64,000 bases of DNA from Microcoleus sp. (GTDB taxonomy: Bacteria; Cyanobacteriota; Cyanobacteriia; Cyanobacteriales; Microcoleaceae): contig CP181291.1 in assembly GCA_052279835.1 (NCBI GenBank), positions 640,001 to 704,000 of the forward strand, in the 5' to 3' direction. Shown in pieces: positions 1 through 11,500 of this stretch (its first letter is position 1; each line of letters begins with the position of its first letter). The position numbers and the translations under genes are program-made. Below the pieces are notes generated by a model. The model was not told the origin of the DNA. It ran no database searches and worked only from the letters and a program-made list of their open reading frames with translations.

Positions 1-659
1 AAATTCACGAAATCTTGCTGGCGATCGACGGAAAGTTCTTTAAAAAAAACGGGCAAACTTTCTAGATTATTATCCAAAAAATTGTTAATGTTGCCAATAG
101 ACGATCGAATCGCACCTAGGGGCGTATTGATTTCGTGAGCAATCCCAGCAATCAGTTGTCCCAGCGCGGCCATTTTTTCCGACTGTACCAAGTGATTTTG
201 AGTGGCTTTTAATTGTGCTAAAGCAACTGTTAACTCTTCATTTTTTTGCTTGAGTTTATTTTGCAACTTACACATGGCTAAATGAGTTTCCACTCTCACC
301 AACACCTCTTCAACTTGAAAAGGTTTAGTAATATAATCTACACCACCTACAGCAAAAGCTTTTACTTTATCTAGCACATCGTTAATTGCGCTAATAAAAA
401 TGACCGGAATGTCGCGAGTGCGTTCATCTGCTTTGATTTTTTGACATACTTCATAGCCATTCATTTCCGGCATCATAATATCCAGTAAAATCAAATCTGG
501 AGGCATTCCCCTAGCAGCAGAAAGTGCCAATTCACCATTAGGGACTGGGCGGACTTTATAGCCCTTTCCATTCAATATTCCCGCTAACAGGCGCAAATTA
601 GCTGGTGTATCATCTACTACTAAGATATTACCGTTGTTAGTATTCGTTTCGTTATTCAT
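1..659 (-). CDS. Hybrid response regulator/histidine kinase, N-terminal part (runs off the left edge)
   Basis: Manual translation from ATG at 659: [25 protein letters not shown]...[11 protein letters not shown]...KPF (receiver domain), then [24 protein letters not shown] (H-box). Frame is open to position 1 and overlaps the stop of the upstream kinase. Confidence 0.9.
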   Translation of the reverse strand, partial: MNNETNTNNGNILVVDDTPANLRLLAGILNGKGYKVRPVPNGELALSAARGMPPDLILLDIMMPEMNGYEVCQKIKADERTRDIPVIFISAINDVLDKVKAFAVGGVDYITKPFQVEEVLVRVETHLAMCKLQNKLKQKNEELTVALAQLKATQNHLVQSEKMAALGQLIAGIAHEINTPLGAIRSSIGNINNFLDNNLESLPVFFKELSVDRQQDFVN

Positions 660-3525
660 GGTATTTACTTTCAGAAATTAAATTCAACACTCGATCGTAG
701 TCAAAATTCTCTATACAATTTGCGATCGCACTGGCCAGTAAAGGATTCTGCAAACTAATTTGGGCGATCGAGCTATCTATTAAATCCAGATCTATATTCA
801 GTATGGCCAGCTTTAACTCAGCTACTAATTGCTGGGGTAATCCGTTGAAAGCATCCACAGTAAGTACCTCAAAATCCCCATTGTTTATTTTCAGTACATT
901 AACTTCCTTTGTATTTTCATAAATATAGCGCACTCCAATATGTTTGTGCATAGCATCAAAAATCTCGGCTTCCCGGAAAGGTTTCCGCATAAAGGCATCG
1001 CAACCCGCTGACAAAATCACTGCCCGTTCCTCCTCCAAAACACTAGCAGTGAGTGCAATAATCGCAGTAGCTTGACCTTTGACAGTACCTTTTATATGTT
1101 TGGTTGCTTCGTAACCGTCCATCACAGGCATTCTCATATCCATCCAAATTAAATGCGGTTCCCAACTGTCCCAAATTTCAATAGCTTCTTGACCATTTAT
1201 GGCTTCTTTCAATTGAAACCCCAGAGGATTCAGGATTTTAATTAAGAGTTGGCGATTCAGCGGTTTATCGTCTACTATCAAAATTCGATAGGGGTGTTGG
1301 TTTGGTTCCAGGGCAATCACATGATTAGTTAATTTTTTGCTTTCAACTTCAGCACTTTCGACCACAATAACTTGAATATCAAACTGAAAAACGGTGCCTT
1401 TTCCCACCGAGGACATGACACTCATTTCACCACCCATTAATTCAACAAACTTGCGACTAATTGGCAAACCTAATCCTGTACCCTCTTGGGAGTCTTTTCC
1501 TGTTTGTGTTTGTACAAAAGGTTCAAAAAGATTATCTAATTCTTCCTGGGAAATACCCTTCCCTGTATCTTCTACTTCAAAATGCAGAAACAAAGAAGAA
1601 TTAACCGGGACTGAATCCGGGGCATAGATTGAATCATCAAGGGGAATTGGCGAGGCAAAATTAGCATTTTTATACAGAGCTAATTCGGAGTCTTGAACAT
1701 CTTTAATTTGGCGATTCTTGATTTTTTTAGACTTTTCTAACATCGGAGAACTTTCCGATTCTGCCTGCTTGCTAATTTTAACCGATACACCACCCTCATC
1801 AGTAAATTTGAGAGCGTTGTTAAGCAGATTAATTAAGACTTGTCGCAATTTTAGTTCGTCAGTTTCCACGTATTGTGGTACATCAGGACTGCGGTCAAAA
1901 ACCAACTGCAATTTTTTGTCATCTGCTTTTAATTGAAACATATCTTCGACATCGCACAGCAGGCGATAAATGTCTATTTTTTTGGGATTGAGGGTAGTGC
2001 GTCCCGCTTCAATTTTGGATAAATCGAGAACATTGTTAATTAGGGTGAGCAGGTGTTCTCCGCTGCTGCTAATTATGTTCATATTTTCTTGGTCTTCTCG
2101 CGATAGAGTTTGGCTGCGAGTCATTAGTTGGGAAAAGCCGAGAATTGCATTGAGAGGCGATCGCAATTCGTGACTCATGTTAGCCAAAAAGGTACTTTTA
2201 GCTTGATTGGCGACTTCAGCTTTGTCTTTAGCTACAGCTAATTCTGCCGTCCGTTCTTCCACTCTATTTTCGAGATTTTCAAAAGAATGTTGCAGTTGTT
2301 GAGCCATGCTGTTAAATGCTTTGCCTAATTCTCCCAATTCGTCTTTACGTTGAATTTCTAATGTTTGATTCCATTCACCTTTGGCAAGGTTTTTGGCTGC
2401 TGTATTTAAGCGCCAAATAGGATTTGTCACCCACCGAGAAGTAAAAATTCCAATGACTACAGCTACTCCCAAAGCAGCCAAACATAACCAAATCGTCATG
2501 CGGGTATTGGCATCTATTTCAGCGGTGAAATCAGCTTCGGGAACCACGACCACAATTAGCCAGTCTAAACCTTTGCCATCTTGAAAGGGTAGGACTTTGA
2601 CAAATTGTGGTTTGCCTTCTATTGGAAAATTTAAAGTATAGGAAGCTTTAATTTCTTTTAATTTTTGAAAATGACTTGCTACATATTTTGCAGTAGCTTG
2701 AGTCGTAGCATCAACACTTTCTTCAGCTTTAAACAGTTCTTTGTTATTACCTCTGGTACGGAAAGGTTTTTCGGAAGTGGAAGTAGCCAGCAGGGTGCCG
2801 TTTCTTTCCATGATAAATGCCTGTCCCGATTTGCCAACTTTGAGACTGTTTAAAAATTGACCAATGTGATCGAGGCGCAAGGCAGTAATTAATACTCCTT
2901 CCAGTTGGTCATTTTCGTAGACTGGTTGCAGAGCGCTGATGATTAATGTCGGCTCCAAAAAAGAAATGTAAACTGAACTCCAAGTGGGTTTGCCTGCGTT
3001 AGCCGCATTTTGGTATGAAGGATGTTGGCGAATATCGAAAGACTTGACAACAGTTGCTACTGTAGTGCGATCGCCTGTATTGTTAGTATTGTAAGAATAA
3101 AAGTCAAGCCCAGTAGAGCGTCCTGACATATTAATCATCAGGGAGCCATTGGAAAGTTTTTCTCCGGTTCTATATTCTCCATTTTTATTGCCAATGGATG
3201 TAAAATTGATATAAGGATATAATTGTACTTGCCGCCACAGGTATTGCTCCCAAGCTGATAAATCTTCCATGTTTAACAGCCCCAGTTTGACTGCATCCAG
3301 CTTACTTTGATTAATTTGATGGGGCGTGGCGACGTAAATTTGCAGGTTTTGCTCGACGCGAGCACTAACTTCGCTCATCAACTGACTAGCTAAGTTATTA
3401 ACTGCTTTTTGTCCGTTTCTAAAAGAAAGATATCCTACAAGTCCCACGGCTCCGACTATTTGCAGTACAAAGGGAACTATCAGTACAGTTCGCAGGGGAA
3501 GTTTCTCTAAAAGTTTAAAAACCAT
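652..3525 (-). CDS. Membrane hybrid sensor histidine kinase (Cache-HAMP-HisKA-HATPase-receiver)
   Basis: Two TM segments, HAMP ([13 protein letters not shown]), H-box [15 protein letters not shown]-box NALKFT, G-box GTGLGL, receiver ILIVDD...WMDMRMP. Confidence 0.93.
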   Translation of the reverse strand: MVFKLLEKLPLRTVLIVPFVLQIVGAVGLVGYLSFRNGQKAVNNLASQLMSEVSARVEQNLQIYVATPHQINQSKLDAVKLGLLNMEDLSAWEQYLWRQVQLYPYINFTSIGNKNGEYRTGEKLSNGSLMINMSGRSTGLDFYSYNTNNTGDRTTVATVVKSFDIRQHPSYQNAANAGKPTWSSVYISFLEPTLIISALQPVYENDQLEGVLITALRLDHIGQFLNSLKVGKSGQAFIMERNGTLLATSTSEKPFRTRGNNKELFKAEESVDATTQATAKYVASHFQKLKEIKASYTLNFPIEGKPQFVKVLPFQDGKGLDWLIVVVVPEADFTAEIDANTRMTIWLCLAALGVAVVIGIFTSRWVTNPIWRLNTAAKNLAKGEWNQTLEIQRKDELGELGKAFNSMAQQLQHSFENLENRVEERTAELAVAKDKAEVANQAKSTFLANMSHELRSPLNAILGFSQLMTRSQTLSREDQENMNIISSSGEHLLTLINNVLDLSKIEAGRTTLNPKKIDIYRLLCDVEDMFQLKADDKKLQLVFDRSPDVPQYVETDELKLRQVLINLLNNALKFTDEGGVSVKISKQAESESSPMLEKSKKIKNRQIKDVQDSELALYKNANFASPIPLDDSIYAPDSVPVNSSLFLHFEVEDTGKGISQEELDNLFEPFVQTQTGKDSQEGTGLGLPISRKFVELMGGEMSVMSSVGKGTVFQFDIQVIVVESAEVESKKLTNHVIALEPNQHPYRILIVDDKPLNRQLLIKILNPLGFQLKEAINGQEAIEIWDSWEPHLIWMDMRMPVMDGYEATKHIKGTVKGQATAIIALTASVLEEERAVILSAGCDAFMRKPFREAEIFDAMHKHIGVRYIYENTKEVNVLKINNGDFEVLTVDAFNGLPQQLVAELKLAILNIDLDLIDSSIAQISLQNPLLASAIANCIENFDYDRVLNLISESKYHE

Positions 3526-3703
3526 AAGTTTGAGAGGTTTGGTGAACTTAATCTAGGACAGTCCTGGTACAATCTGTCTCAAAAGCAGCGCCATCAACGG
3601 GCAATTAGCTATAGGTAATTGTTTTCTGGTTATTCGCTGCGGTAGATGCTCAACCCCGATCAATTTAAATCTAGTATTGGCGATGTTATAGGCTGTTATT
3701 GTA

Positions 3704-4303
3704 TCAATCTAAAGTGTGCTGTTGCGCTTCCATTTCATAAGACATCTCAAGGTAAAAAGCTCCATTCTTAGGGAGAATCGTAAACTCTTTCACCTGGGAA
3801 AGATTAATATTTGATGCCATAGGTAGAAAGAATTCGGAAACTCCAAACCACCGCTTTACCGTCAACCCCAAGCAGAATCTTAGCTGATTGCCAATAAGCT
3901 TGGGGCGTTGGCCTCCAGAATTAGGGTAAGCCACTTTGAACAACTTAGACCCTTTTAGGTATCCCGGCGGCTTGGGCTTAAAGTGTAATTTACCTTTGAT
4001 ATGCAAATCTCTTAATTCCTTAAAAGACTTGAAGGCTTCCGCGACCGACATCAATGTTTGCTGCATTGGCGTTGATGGCAACGACTTAGCAACCATTGAT
4101 TTTGCCACTGACGGCTCAAAGGATAAGTCGAACTTTCCCGTCAACAGTTTTCCTGTTTTAAAAAAAGTTTGACGCGCCCAATAGACGCCACTGTTGTACA
4201 GTTTGCCAGATTGCTGACAGACATACTTTAATAGTGCATGAAGTTCTTTGTTGGGCGACAACAATACTTGCTGAATTCCCATTGCTTTTTTGAGTTGAGA
4301 CAC
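3704..4303 (-). pseudogene. tnpB: Truncated TnpB (IS200/IS605 RNA-guided endonuclease), N-terminal part only
   Basis: N-terminus typical of cyanobacterial TnpB (KLYNSGVYWARQ, QQTLMSVAEAFKSF, KPKPPGY, ILPKNGAFY); stops just before the RuvC-I IDLG motif. Confidence 0.8.
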
Positions 4304-4495
4304 CTCTATTTCCCTAATAACTGGTGGATTTACCTAGTCTAAGCAATTATAGTGGATCTATCAACCTGCATCAACAAAATATTTATGCTGCCACTCGCCG
4401 AATATCAAATACACAACCACGTCAGGTAATATTAGTAGTGAGGTGGGAAAGAAATACATAGAAGACCCGCATCATTCCGCTAATTAAGAAAAATT

Positions 4496-4548
4496 ACGGG
4501 GACTGAAGTCCCCCGTGCCGCTTCCATCTCAGCACTAAAGTGCCTGAG
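4496..4548. mobile_element. IS200/IS605-type end hairpins upstream of the truncated tnpB
   Basis: Hairpins GGGGAC-TGAA-GTCCCC and CTCAGCACT-AA-AGTGCCTGAG. Confidence 0.5.
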
Positions 4549-4823
4549 TTTCCCGCATCCGGTATTAGTTTTATGATTTTGACAATTTAGGCAGATTTTT
4601 TAGTAGGAGGCGAGGAGAAATGCCCCAGACACTTTATTTAAGGGCTAGTTGAGTCAAGTCGATGAGGAATGGTAGATTTAGTTTAGTCAGTCAGCGTGCG
4701 TGGGCAAGAATCCGGGCGACTCGAAGGCAATTGCTGGATTGTTAAGGGATGTGGAGGCTAGCGATCGAATTTGCGATCGGACTAGCTATTTTAGGCAAGA
4801 CGTGATATAGTCAAAAAAGTTGA

Positions 4824-4896
4824 GGGCACGTAGCTCAGTGGATAGAGCATCAGGTTCCGGTCCTGAGGGTCGGGGGTTCGAATCCCTCCGTGCTCA
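4824..4896 (+). tRNA. trnR-CCG: tRNA-Arg (CCG)
   Basis: Acceptor stem GGGCACG/CGTGCTC, D-arm TAGCTCAGTGGATAGAGC, anticodon arm TCAGG-TTCCGGT-CCTGA, T-loop GTTCGAATCC; no encoded CCA. Confidence 0.97.
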
Positions 4897-4927
4897 TTTT
4901 GTATGATGATACCTGTGGCATAATTAT

Positions 4928-4956
4928 TGTGGAACAGGCAATATGCCTGTTCCACA
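4928..4956. repeat. Dispersed palindromic repeat TGTGGAACAGGC-n-GCCTGTTCCACA
   Basis: Inverted repeat; related copies near 12888, 42203, 49089 and 49734. Confidence 0.75.
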
Positions 4957-5095
4957 CTTGCTTTTGTGGAGAGTTGGCGTTATGTATGTTCACCATCGAT
5001 CGATCGACTACGAACTGACACACCTTAATGGTTTCAAAAATTGGGGTTGAGCTGCCAAGCCCAACCTCATTTTCACCACGAATCATGGCTCAGGG

Positions 5096-6673
5096 TCAAA
5101 TATCATCATTGTCTTGACCTTGTACCCCCTGAAGAATCCGCGATAATTCACTCTTCTCATTAATTGTAATTCGAGTCGGAGAACCGCTGATAATGCGTTC
5201 GTAACTGCGGAAAGAATCCCGAATTACGGGTCCGTTATCAGTAATAGTGTATTCCCGAATTCCCTTGTCATGCCAGGAACCACGCATTTTAAACACATTA
5301 ATTGCCCGCGACATTTCCCCTCTAATTTCCACATACTGAAGCATGATGATCGTGTCAGTAATCGTAGAAATATGGGAATCCGTAATCGAATTAGAACCCA
5401 TAAACTGGTCGCTTGTATTCGTAAAAAAGCCTGTAATTTCCTCCTGCTTGGCGAAAGCTGTCACTCCAATCACGAATTGCCGGAAGGAATTATTGCTAAC
5501 TCCCCGTTCTAAAGCTGACAGGGAATCGATCGCAATTCGAGAGGGTTTAAAATCGGCAATTTCTGATTTAATATTTTGCAAATGGTCTTCCAAACCAGCA
5601 GATTCTGGGTAATTACAAAGAATTTTTAACAAACCTTTATGTTCCATTTCCTCAAAATCAATGCCCCAAGAATAAGCATTGCGGAACAACTGCGCCCGCG
5701 ACTCTTCATAGGCAAACAGCATGGCGCGATCGCCATTCATGCAAGCATTCTCCAAAAACTTGCTTACCAATAGGGTTTTGCCCGTTCCCGTCGCACCCGT
5801 AGCCAAAATAATCGAGTCTTTAAAGAAACCGCCCCCGCACATTTCGTCGAGAGTTTTGTCGCCGGAGGAAACCCGAACATTGGAAGATCTTTGAGTCAAT
5901 CGCATAGCCCCCAAGGGAAAAATATTAATGCCGTCATTAGTGATTGTAAAAGGATACTCGCCCTTCATGTGAGTGGTCCCCCGCAACTTCAAAATTTCCA
6001 TAGTCCGGCGGCGACGTTCTCCTTCCAAAACGTTGCGAACAATCACCACATTATCCGAGACAAATTCCTCGACTCCAAACCGGGCCACCGGGCCGTATTC
6101 TTCCACTCGTTCCGTAGTCATGATTGTAGTTGCGCCTACTTGTTTGAGGCGTGCAACTAAACGGAAAATTTCGCGTCGCACCACCGATGCAGCGTCGTAT
6201 TGCTGAAATACTGCCGTCACCGAATCAATAGAAACCCGCCTCGCTTTATATTTGCGTATGGCATATTGAATGCGTTCGATTAAGGCAGATAAGTCAAAAT
6301 TTCCCACGATATCCTGACCTTCTGGGTCTGGGGAAGCGTCTAAAATAAATAGCTTACCTTCATCGATAAATTTAGTCAAATCCCAGCCGAAACTGTAGGC
6401 ATTTTTAATAATGTCTGTGGGAGATTCTTCAAAAGTTACAAAAACTCCGGCTTCGTCAAAATGGGTGATTCCGTTGTAAAGAAATTGTACAGCAAATAAG
6501 GTTTTTCCGGTTCCCGACGTGCCACTGACTAGGGTAGTTCTGCCGATCGGCATTCCGCCGTGACTGATGTCATCGAAGCCTTCAATCATGGTGCGGATTT
6601 TTTGAACTCCCGCCGTTACCAATCCTTCTGGTTGCACCGTTTGACTAATTTCATTCATGTCGATTTTTATCAA
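5096..6673 (-). CDS. kaiC: Circadian clock protein kinase KaiC
   Basis: Duplicated RecA-like domains with Walker A GTSGTGKT and GATGTGKT; SHISTITD phosphorylation motif. Confidence 0.98.
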   Translation of the reverse strand: MIKIDMNEISQTVQPEGLVTAGVQKIRTMIEGFDDISHGGMPIGRTTLVSGTSGTGKTLFAVQFLYNGITHFDEAGVFVTFEESPTDIIKNAYSFGWDLTKFIDEGKLFILDASPDPEGQDIVGNFDLSALIERIQYAIRKYKARRVSIDSVTAVFQQYDAASVVRREIFRLVARLKQVGATTIMTTERVEEYGPVARFGVEEFVSDNVVIVRNVLEGERRRRTMEILKLRGTTHMKGEYPFTITNDGINIFPLGAMRLTQRSSNVRVSSGDKTLDEMCGGGFFKDSIILATGATGTGKTLLVSKFLENACMNGDRAMLFAYEESRAQLFRNAYSWGIDFEEMEHKGLLKILCNYPESAGLEDHLQNIKSEIADFKPSRIAIDSLSALERGVSNNSFRQFVIGVTAFAKQEEITGFFTNTSDQFMGSNSITDSHISTITDTIIMLQYVEIRGEMSRAINVFKMRGSWHDKGIREYTITDNGPVIRDSFRSYERIISGSPTRITINEKSELSRILQGVQGQDNDDI

Positions 6674-6795
6674 TTGTCAGTATTTTTAAGTTTTCAGCCA
6701 TTAACCGCAGTTCGTTAGTATTTGTACTCATTGTTTAGCTGGTGCTAGCACTCCATAACTAATTACTGCTGACTAATGACTGTAACTTAATTATC

Positions 6796-7110
6796 TTACG
6801 AATTCATGTCTTCTTCGCGAAGTTCTTCATAGAGTAAATCTAATCCTATCAGAACTTTTTCCCGATCGGACAAATCACCAATAATTTTTCGCACCGGAGG
6901 CGGCAGAATTTTTGCCAGGGTAGGGGTTGCCAAAATTTTATCCTCTTCTGCTAGTTGAGGATTTTTGAGAACATCTATCACTTTCAGCGCGTAGACTCCT
7001 TGAAACTCTTGTTCGAGGATGTCCTTAAGGGTCTTCAAAGCTCGCACTGAGTTGGGAGTATTTCCCGCAACGTAAAGCTTGAGAACGTAGGTTTTCTTCA
7101 GAGGAGTCAT
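6796..7110 (-). CDS. kaiB: Circadian clock protein KaiB
   Basis: [20 protein letters not shown]...[21 protein letters not shown]. Confidence 0.98.
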   Translation of the reverse strand: MTPLKKTYVLKLYVAGNTPNSVRALKTLKDILEQEFQGVYALKVIDVLKNPQLAEEDKILATPTLAKILPPPVRKIIGDLSDREKVLIGLDLLYEELREEDMNS

Positions 7111-7215
7111 GAACTTTTATGAGAGATTGAGTGTTAGTTATCAAATTTTAGTTGTAGTTGTTATTTGTCTTAAATCCCCTATTCTTTCGTATTTTATAAT
7201 ATTTTTAGCCCGGTT

Positions 7216-8157
7216 TTACCTTCCACGTTCCGAGGCATCTTTGGGAATCGATCGCCTGTACATTTCGCACAAATGAGCGATGACGTCAATTAGAGTCAAG
7301 CGGTAATCCAGCAATATTTCTTCGCTGCGCCCTTCTAATTTGAGTTGCTTGGCAAACTCGTCCATCAATTCCATGTGAATTTCTACAACTTGAGTCACCG
7401 CAACATCCGCAAAAAAAGCTATATTCACAAATTCATCTATTTGATTATTTACGGCAGTATCTTCAGAAAAATAACTCAAAACAATTTTTCGATAAATTAA
7501 CTTGAATTGCTCCAAAAATTTGGGCTTTTCTTCCTGAGACAGATTACGCAAAAAATTCTGGGAATTTCTTTTATAATACACACCTAAGTATCCTAATCGC
7601 TCCCGCAATTTTTCAGCAAGTCGGCGTTGCTGTCGTTGTAGTAAACTTTGAGCAGTTAATTGTGCCGTTGCACCTACCTTGGCGGATTGGTCATCTAAAG
7701 GCACCGGAGTAGAAAGTTTCAAAAATTGGGCGATCGCCCGATCGATACTGGCTGCAAGTTCGTCCCATCGATCGATTGGGAGTTGCACCTCAGCAGCATG
7801 GTAAAAAAAAGAGCAACTTTGCTGTTGATTCAGTTCGGGGCTAGTTACCAACGGATAGCAGCCATAGTCCGATGTCCGTGGCACTTCCTGCGTCTCATCA
7901 TCTCCGGGCTTGGTCGCAAAAATCACAGCCGGTAAAAAGATCGATCGCTCTTGGAGCTTACCCGTCAGAGAGCGGAGTTCCCCATCTACTTCTAAAACCA
8001 AACAGTCTAGGTGGTAATTGTGCTTTAGGTATCCAAAAAACTCGCTCTCCGACTTAACCTGCGTCAAAGCATAACGTCTGCCCCGCAAAACCTCGATCGC
8101 AAAGCCTGCGAGTTCCTCTGACTGGACAAAGATACATATAGACAGTTGGGGAAGCAA
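7216..8157 (-). CDS. kaiA: Circadian clock protein KaiA (long form; probable TTG start)
   Basis: C-terminal RLGYLGVYYKR...LLDYRLTLIDVIAHLCEMYRRSIP; position upstream of kaiB-kaiC. Confidence 0.96.
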   Translation of the reverse strand: MLPQLSICIFVQSEELAGFAIEVLRGRRYALTQVKSESEFFGYLKHNYHLDCLVLEVDGELRSLTGKLQERSIFLPAVIFATKPGDDETQEVPRTSDYGCYPLVTSPELNQQQSCSFFYHAAEVQLPIDRWDELAASIDRAIAQFLKLSTPVPLDDQSAKVGATAQLTAQSLLQRQQRRLAEKLRERLGYLGVYYKRNSQNFLRNLSQEEKPKFLEQFKLIYRKIVLSYFSEDTAVNNQIDEFVNIAFFADVAVTQVVEIHMELMDEFAKQLKLEGRSEEILLDYRLTLIDVIAHLCEMYRRSIPKDASERGR

Positions 8158-8552
8158 AGCTGTAGGTGAAACATTTAAGTTGCCTGAAAATGGTGGATCG
8201 CTCAGAGTTGATATCTCCTTTACAAAACACTTAACATTTTAACAATCATCGCAACATTTATGTTACCAATCTTAACTACAAAATTGGTGACAACCTTGTA
8301 ACAGAGGGATAATAAAACTGTAGTCCTTTGCTGCTAGCTCAAGCACCCCCAGCGTGATTTCTGCAATTAAGCTTAAGCCTGAAAATAGGTGCTAGTAGCC
8401 CCAAATCAAGCACTGGCATCGAACTGGCGGGGATCGGTCAAGCCTCAAGGTGCCTTAGCAGACTGATATAAAACAAATTAGATACAGAAATCGGCAGCTA
8501 CATTGGGTCTCAAAAATATTACTGCTCAGGGGAGCAGACTCTCAGGTTCGTT

Positions 8553-11500
8553 ATGCCACAAACCCGCCCTAGTCTCCAAAATTTTATCGAGCCAGTGCCA
8601 CTGTGCAGACCGACAGCTCAGCTAAAAACACTGCGGTCAATTTTTAGTCAGGGCAACTGCGATCGCATCGCATTAGTCAACGAACAACAACAGCCCCTGG
8701 GATTAATATATCTCCGCAGCCTCATGCCCCTGGCAGACCAAGACCAGAAATGGCAACAACCCCTGTCAGAAAACCCGATCGCGATCGCTCCCCTCAGAGC
8801 AGTACCCGCAGATTGGAGCGTCAGCGAATTCTGGCAATACCTGCAAACAGCAGAAATTAACCATTTCTCGGACCAGGGCAAAATGGAGGGCAGAGCCGTC
8901 GATACTCCCATCGCCCTCACCAATTCCGAAGGCAAATTTTTGGGACTTATAAACAGCCTCAGCCTCCTGCAATTCGTCGCCCACAGCAACTTCATCCCGA
9001 TCTCCACCGCGGCGGAATACAGCATCAAAGCTCAAGAAACAGCAGCCAGAGAGCCGGTACATTCAGCAATGGCCAGCGCCCTAGACGCTCAATTACGCTT
9101 TCTCGAAGCAGGACTCAAACCCTCGGAAAACCTCAATTCCCTAGTCCAACTCCTGGAAAAACTGCCCCTACCCCTGAGATTGCAAACCCCCACCGGACAG
9201 ATAGTCAGTCAAAACGCAGCGTGGCGGATTTTACTAGGAGCAGGCCCCGAACCAGTCCCAGAAACAGCAGTCAATCGCAATCGCTCATCTCCCCATCTAC
9301 CTAGCCCAGAGCCGAATAAATATAATAGTGCCCCAAGTTTAGCCATCTCCCCAGAATTCAGAAGCTTAGTAGGAGTAGGTCCAGCGGGCGATCGCGACTC
9401 CACCGCACCCACCAGTTGCCCCCTACCCCTCTACGCCGCCGCCTCCCCATCCACCTTAACCAGCCCAGCCTGGTGTCCCATCGCAGGCAAACCAGACACC
9501 TACATTTGCGACTGTCCAGTCCAAAAAGGTCAAGAACGAATCTGGCAATTTGTCAAACAGCCACTCTCGGACAACCTAATTTTAGTCATGGGACAAGATG
9601 TCACCGAAGAACATTTAGTCGCCAAAGAACTAGCAGCTAAAAATGCCGACTTAATTCACCTCAACCGACTAAAAGACGAATTTTTATCCTGTATCAGCCA
9701 CGAGCTCAAAACCCCCCTCACCGCCGTCCTCGGTTTGTCCAGCCTCCTCAAAGATAAATTAATCGGAGAACTCAACGATCGCCAAACTCGCTACGCCAAA
9801 CTCATCCATCAAAGCGGGCGACACTTAATGACCATAGTCAACGACATTTTAGACCTGACCAGGATGGAAACCGGGCAGCTAGAACTAATTCCCGAACCAG
9901 TCGAAATTACCGCAGCCTGCCACAGAGCCTTTGAACAAGCCAAACAACTCCAACAGCAAGAAGAAAAATCCCCATCAAAATCCGAGGTAACTACCGCCAA
10001 CCCAGGGGAAGAATCCCCCATCCAAACCGAATTTATACTCGAAATCGAACCGGGACTAAGCCACTTAATCGCCGACGAACTGCGGTTGCGACAAATGCTC
10101 GTCAACCTGCTATCCAACGCCCTCAAATTCACAGAAATTGGTGGCAAAATTGGCTTAAAAGTAAATATTTGGGAAGGCTGGATTGCTTTCACAGTTTGGG
10201 ACAACGGCATCGGCATCCCAGCCGACAAACAGCACCTCATATTTCAAAAATTCCAACAATTAGAAAGCCCCTTAACTCGCCGATTTCAAGGAACCGGACT
10301 AGGACTGGTACTGACTCAACGTTTAGCTAGGCTCCACGGCGGAGACGTTTCGTTTATTTCCTCAGAAGGTCAAGGTTCTCAATTTACCTTACTCCTGCCA
10401 CCAAATCCTCCGGGAAACACTAGAGAAGATGTCGCAGAATATCCAGACATAGAGCCAGAATTATTAAAACCAAAATATCAGTACCCGATCGCCAATTCTC
10501 GCTCTCGCCTCGTATTAATCGTCGAAGCAGTTCCCAAATATATCGAAGATTTAACCAAAGTTCTTACGGGTTTAGGTTATCAAGTAATCGTCGCCCGTTC
10601 CGGCACCGAAGCACTGGAAAAAGCCCGCCGATTCAGTCCCCAAGTGATTTTCCTGAACCCGTTGTTGCCACTGTTGTCGGGCTGGGACGTGCTGACACTG
10701 CTCAAGAGCGATCCAGATACTCGATCGATACCAGCCATCATCACAGCCACCAGAGGCGAAAAAGAACGGGCCTCCGTCAACCGAGCCGAAGGCTTTTTAA
10801 GCTTACCCGTCACAGAGCCAGCCTTGGGAATGCTGCTGGGCAATTTGATCGGACACCCCGATGGCAATATCGGCAATGTGAGAAGTTGTTTGACTATTTT
10901 GTGGCTGTGCCCGCAGAACAGTGGCTCCCAAGGCTCATCTTTATTGCTCAACCCTACCTACTGCCGGGTTTTAGAAGCAGATGACCTCGGTCAGGCCGAA
11001 CTGGTGGCCCGTATCTGGCGTCCCGATGCGATCGTTTTGGACGGCACAAACCAACTGCAAAACCCTTTAGCTTTTATCAAACAGTTAAGTCAGTCTTCGA
11101 GTTTGGGTTTTCTGCCTTTAGTAACTTTAGATCAGGCAACTACACAAGTGGCAAATCAAGTCCAGGGACTGTCAGTATTTCCGTGTTTAGCCACCGACAG
11201 CGACACCTCCGACAGTCCTTTAGTAGCCTCTGCTTTGTGGCAAGTTATTCAAGTAGCGGCTGGGATGAGTTGGAAGCCCAGCATTTTATTTGCTGATATT
11301 TCGACCTTACTGGACTTGCAGCAAAATATGAGGGAAAATCAGGAGCTAGCCGCCGAAAATGCAGATTATCGAGCGAAAAAATTCGATTTTCCTATTCATA
11401 ATTCTGAAAATTTTGCCCCTAACTTTCAAGCTTTGATTCAGTACATCCAAACCGCAGGATTTCGAGGTTCAATTGCTCTCCATTGGAGGGAAGTTTTGCA

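Noticed and set aside
4824..4960. tRNA-Arg as an integration site for an island
   Set aside because: No integrase and no duplicated tRNA 3' end were seen in the window.
4850..5086. 78-aa minus-strand ORF
   Set aside because: It overlaps tRNA-Arg and a palindromic repeat, so it is a shadow ORF.
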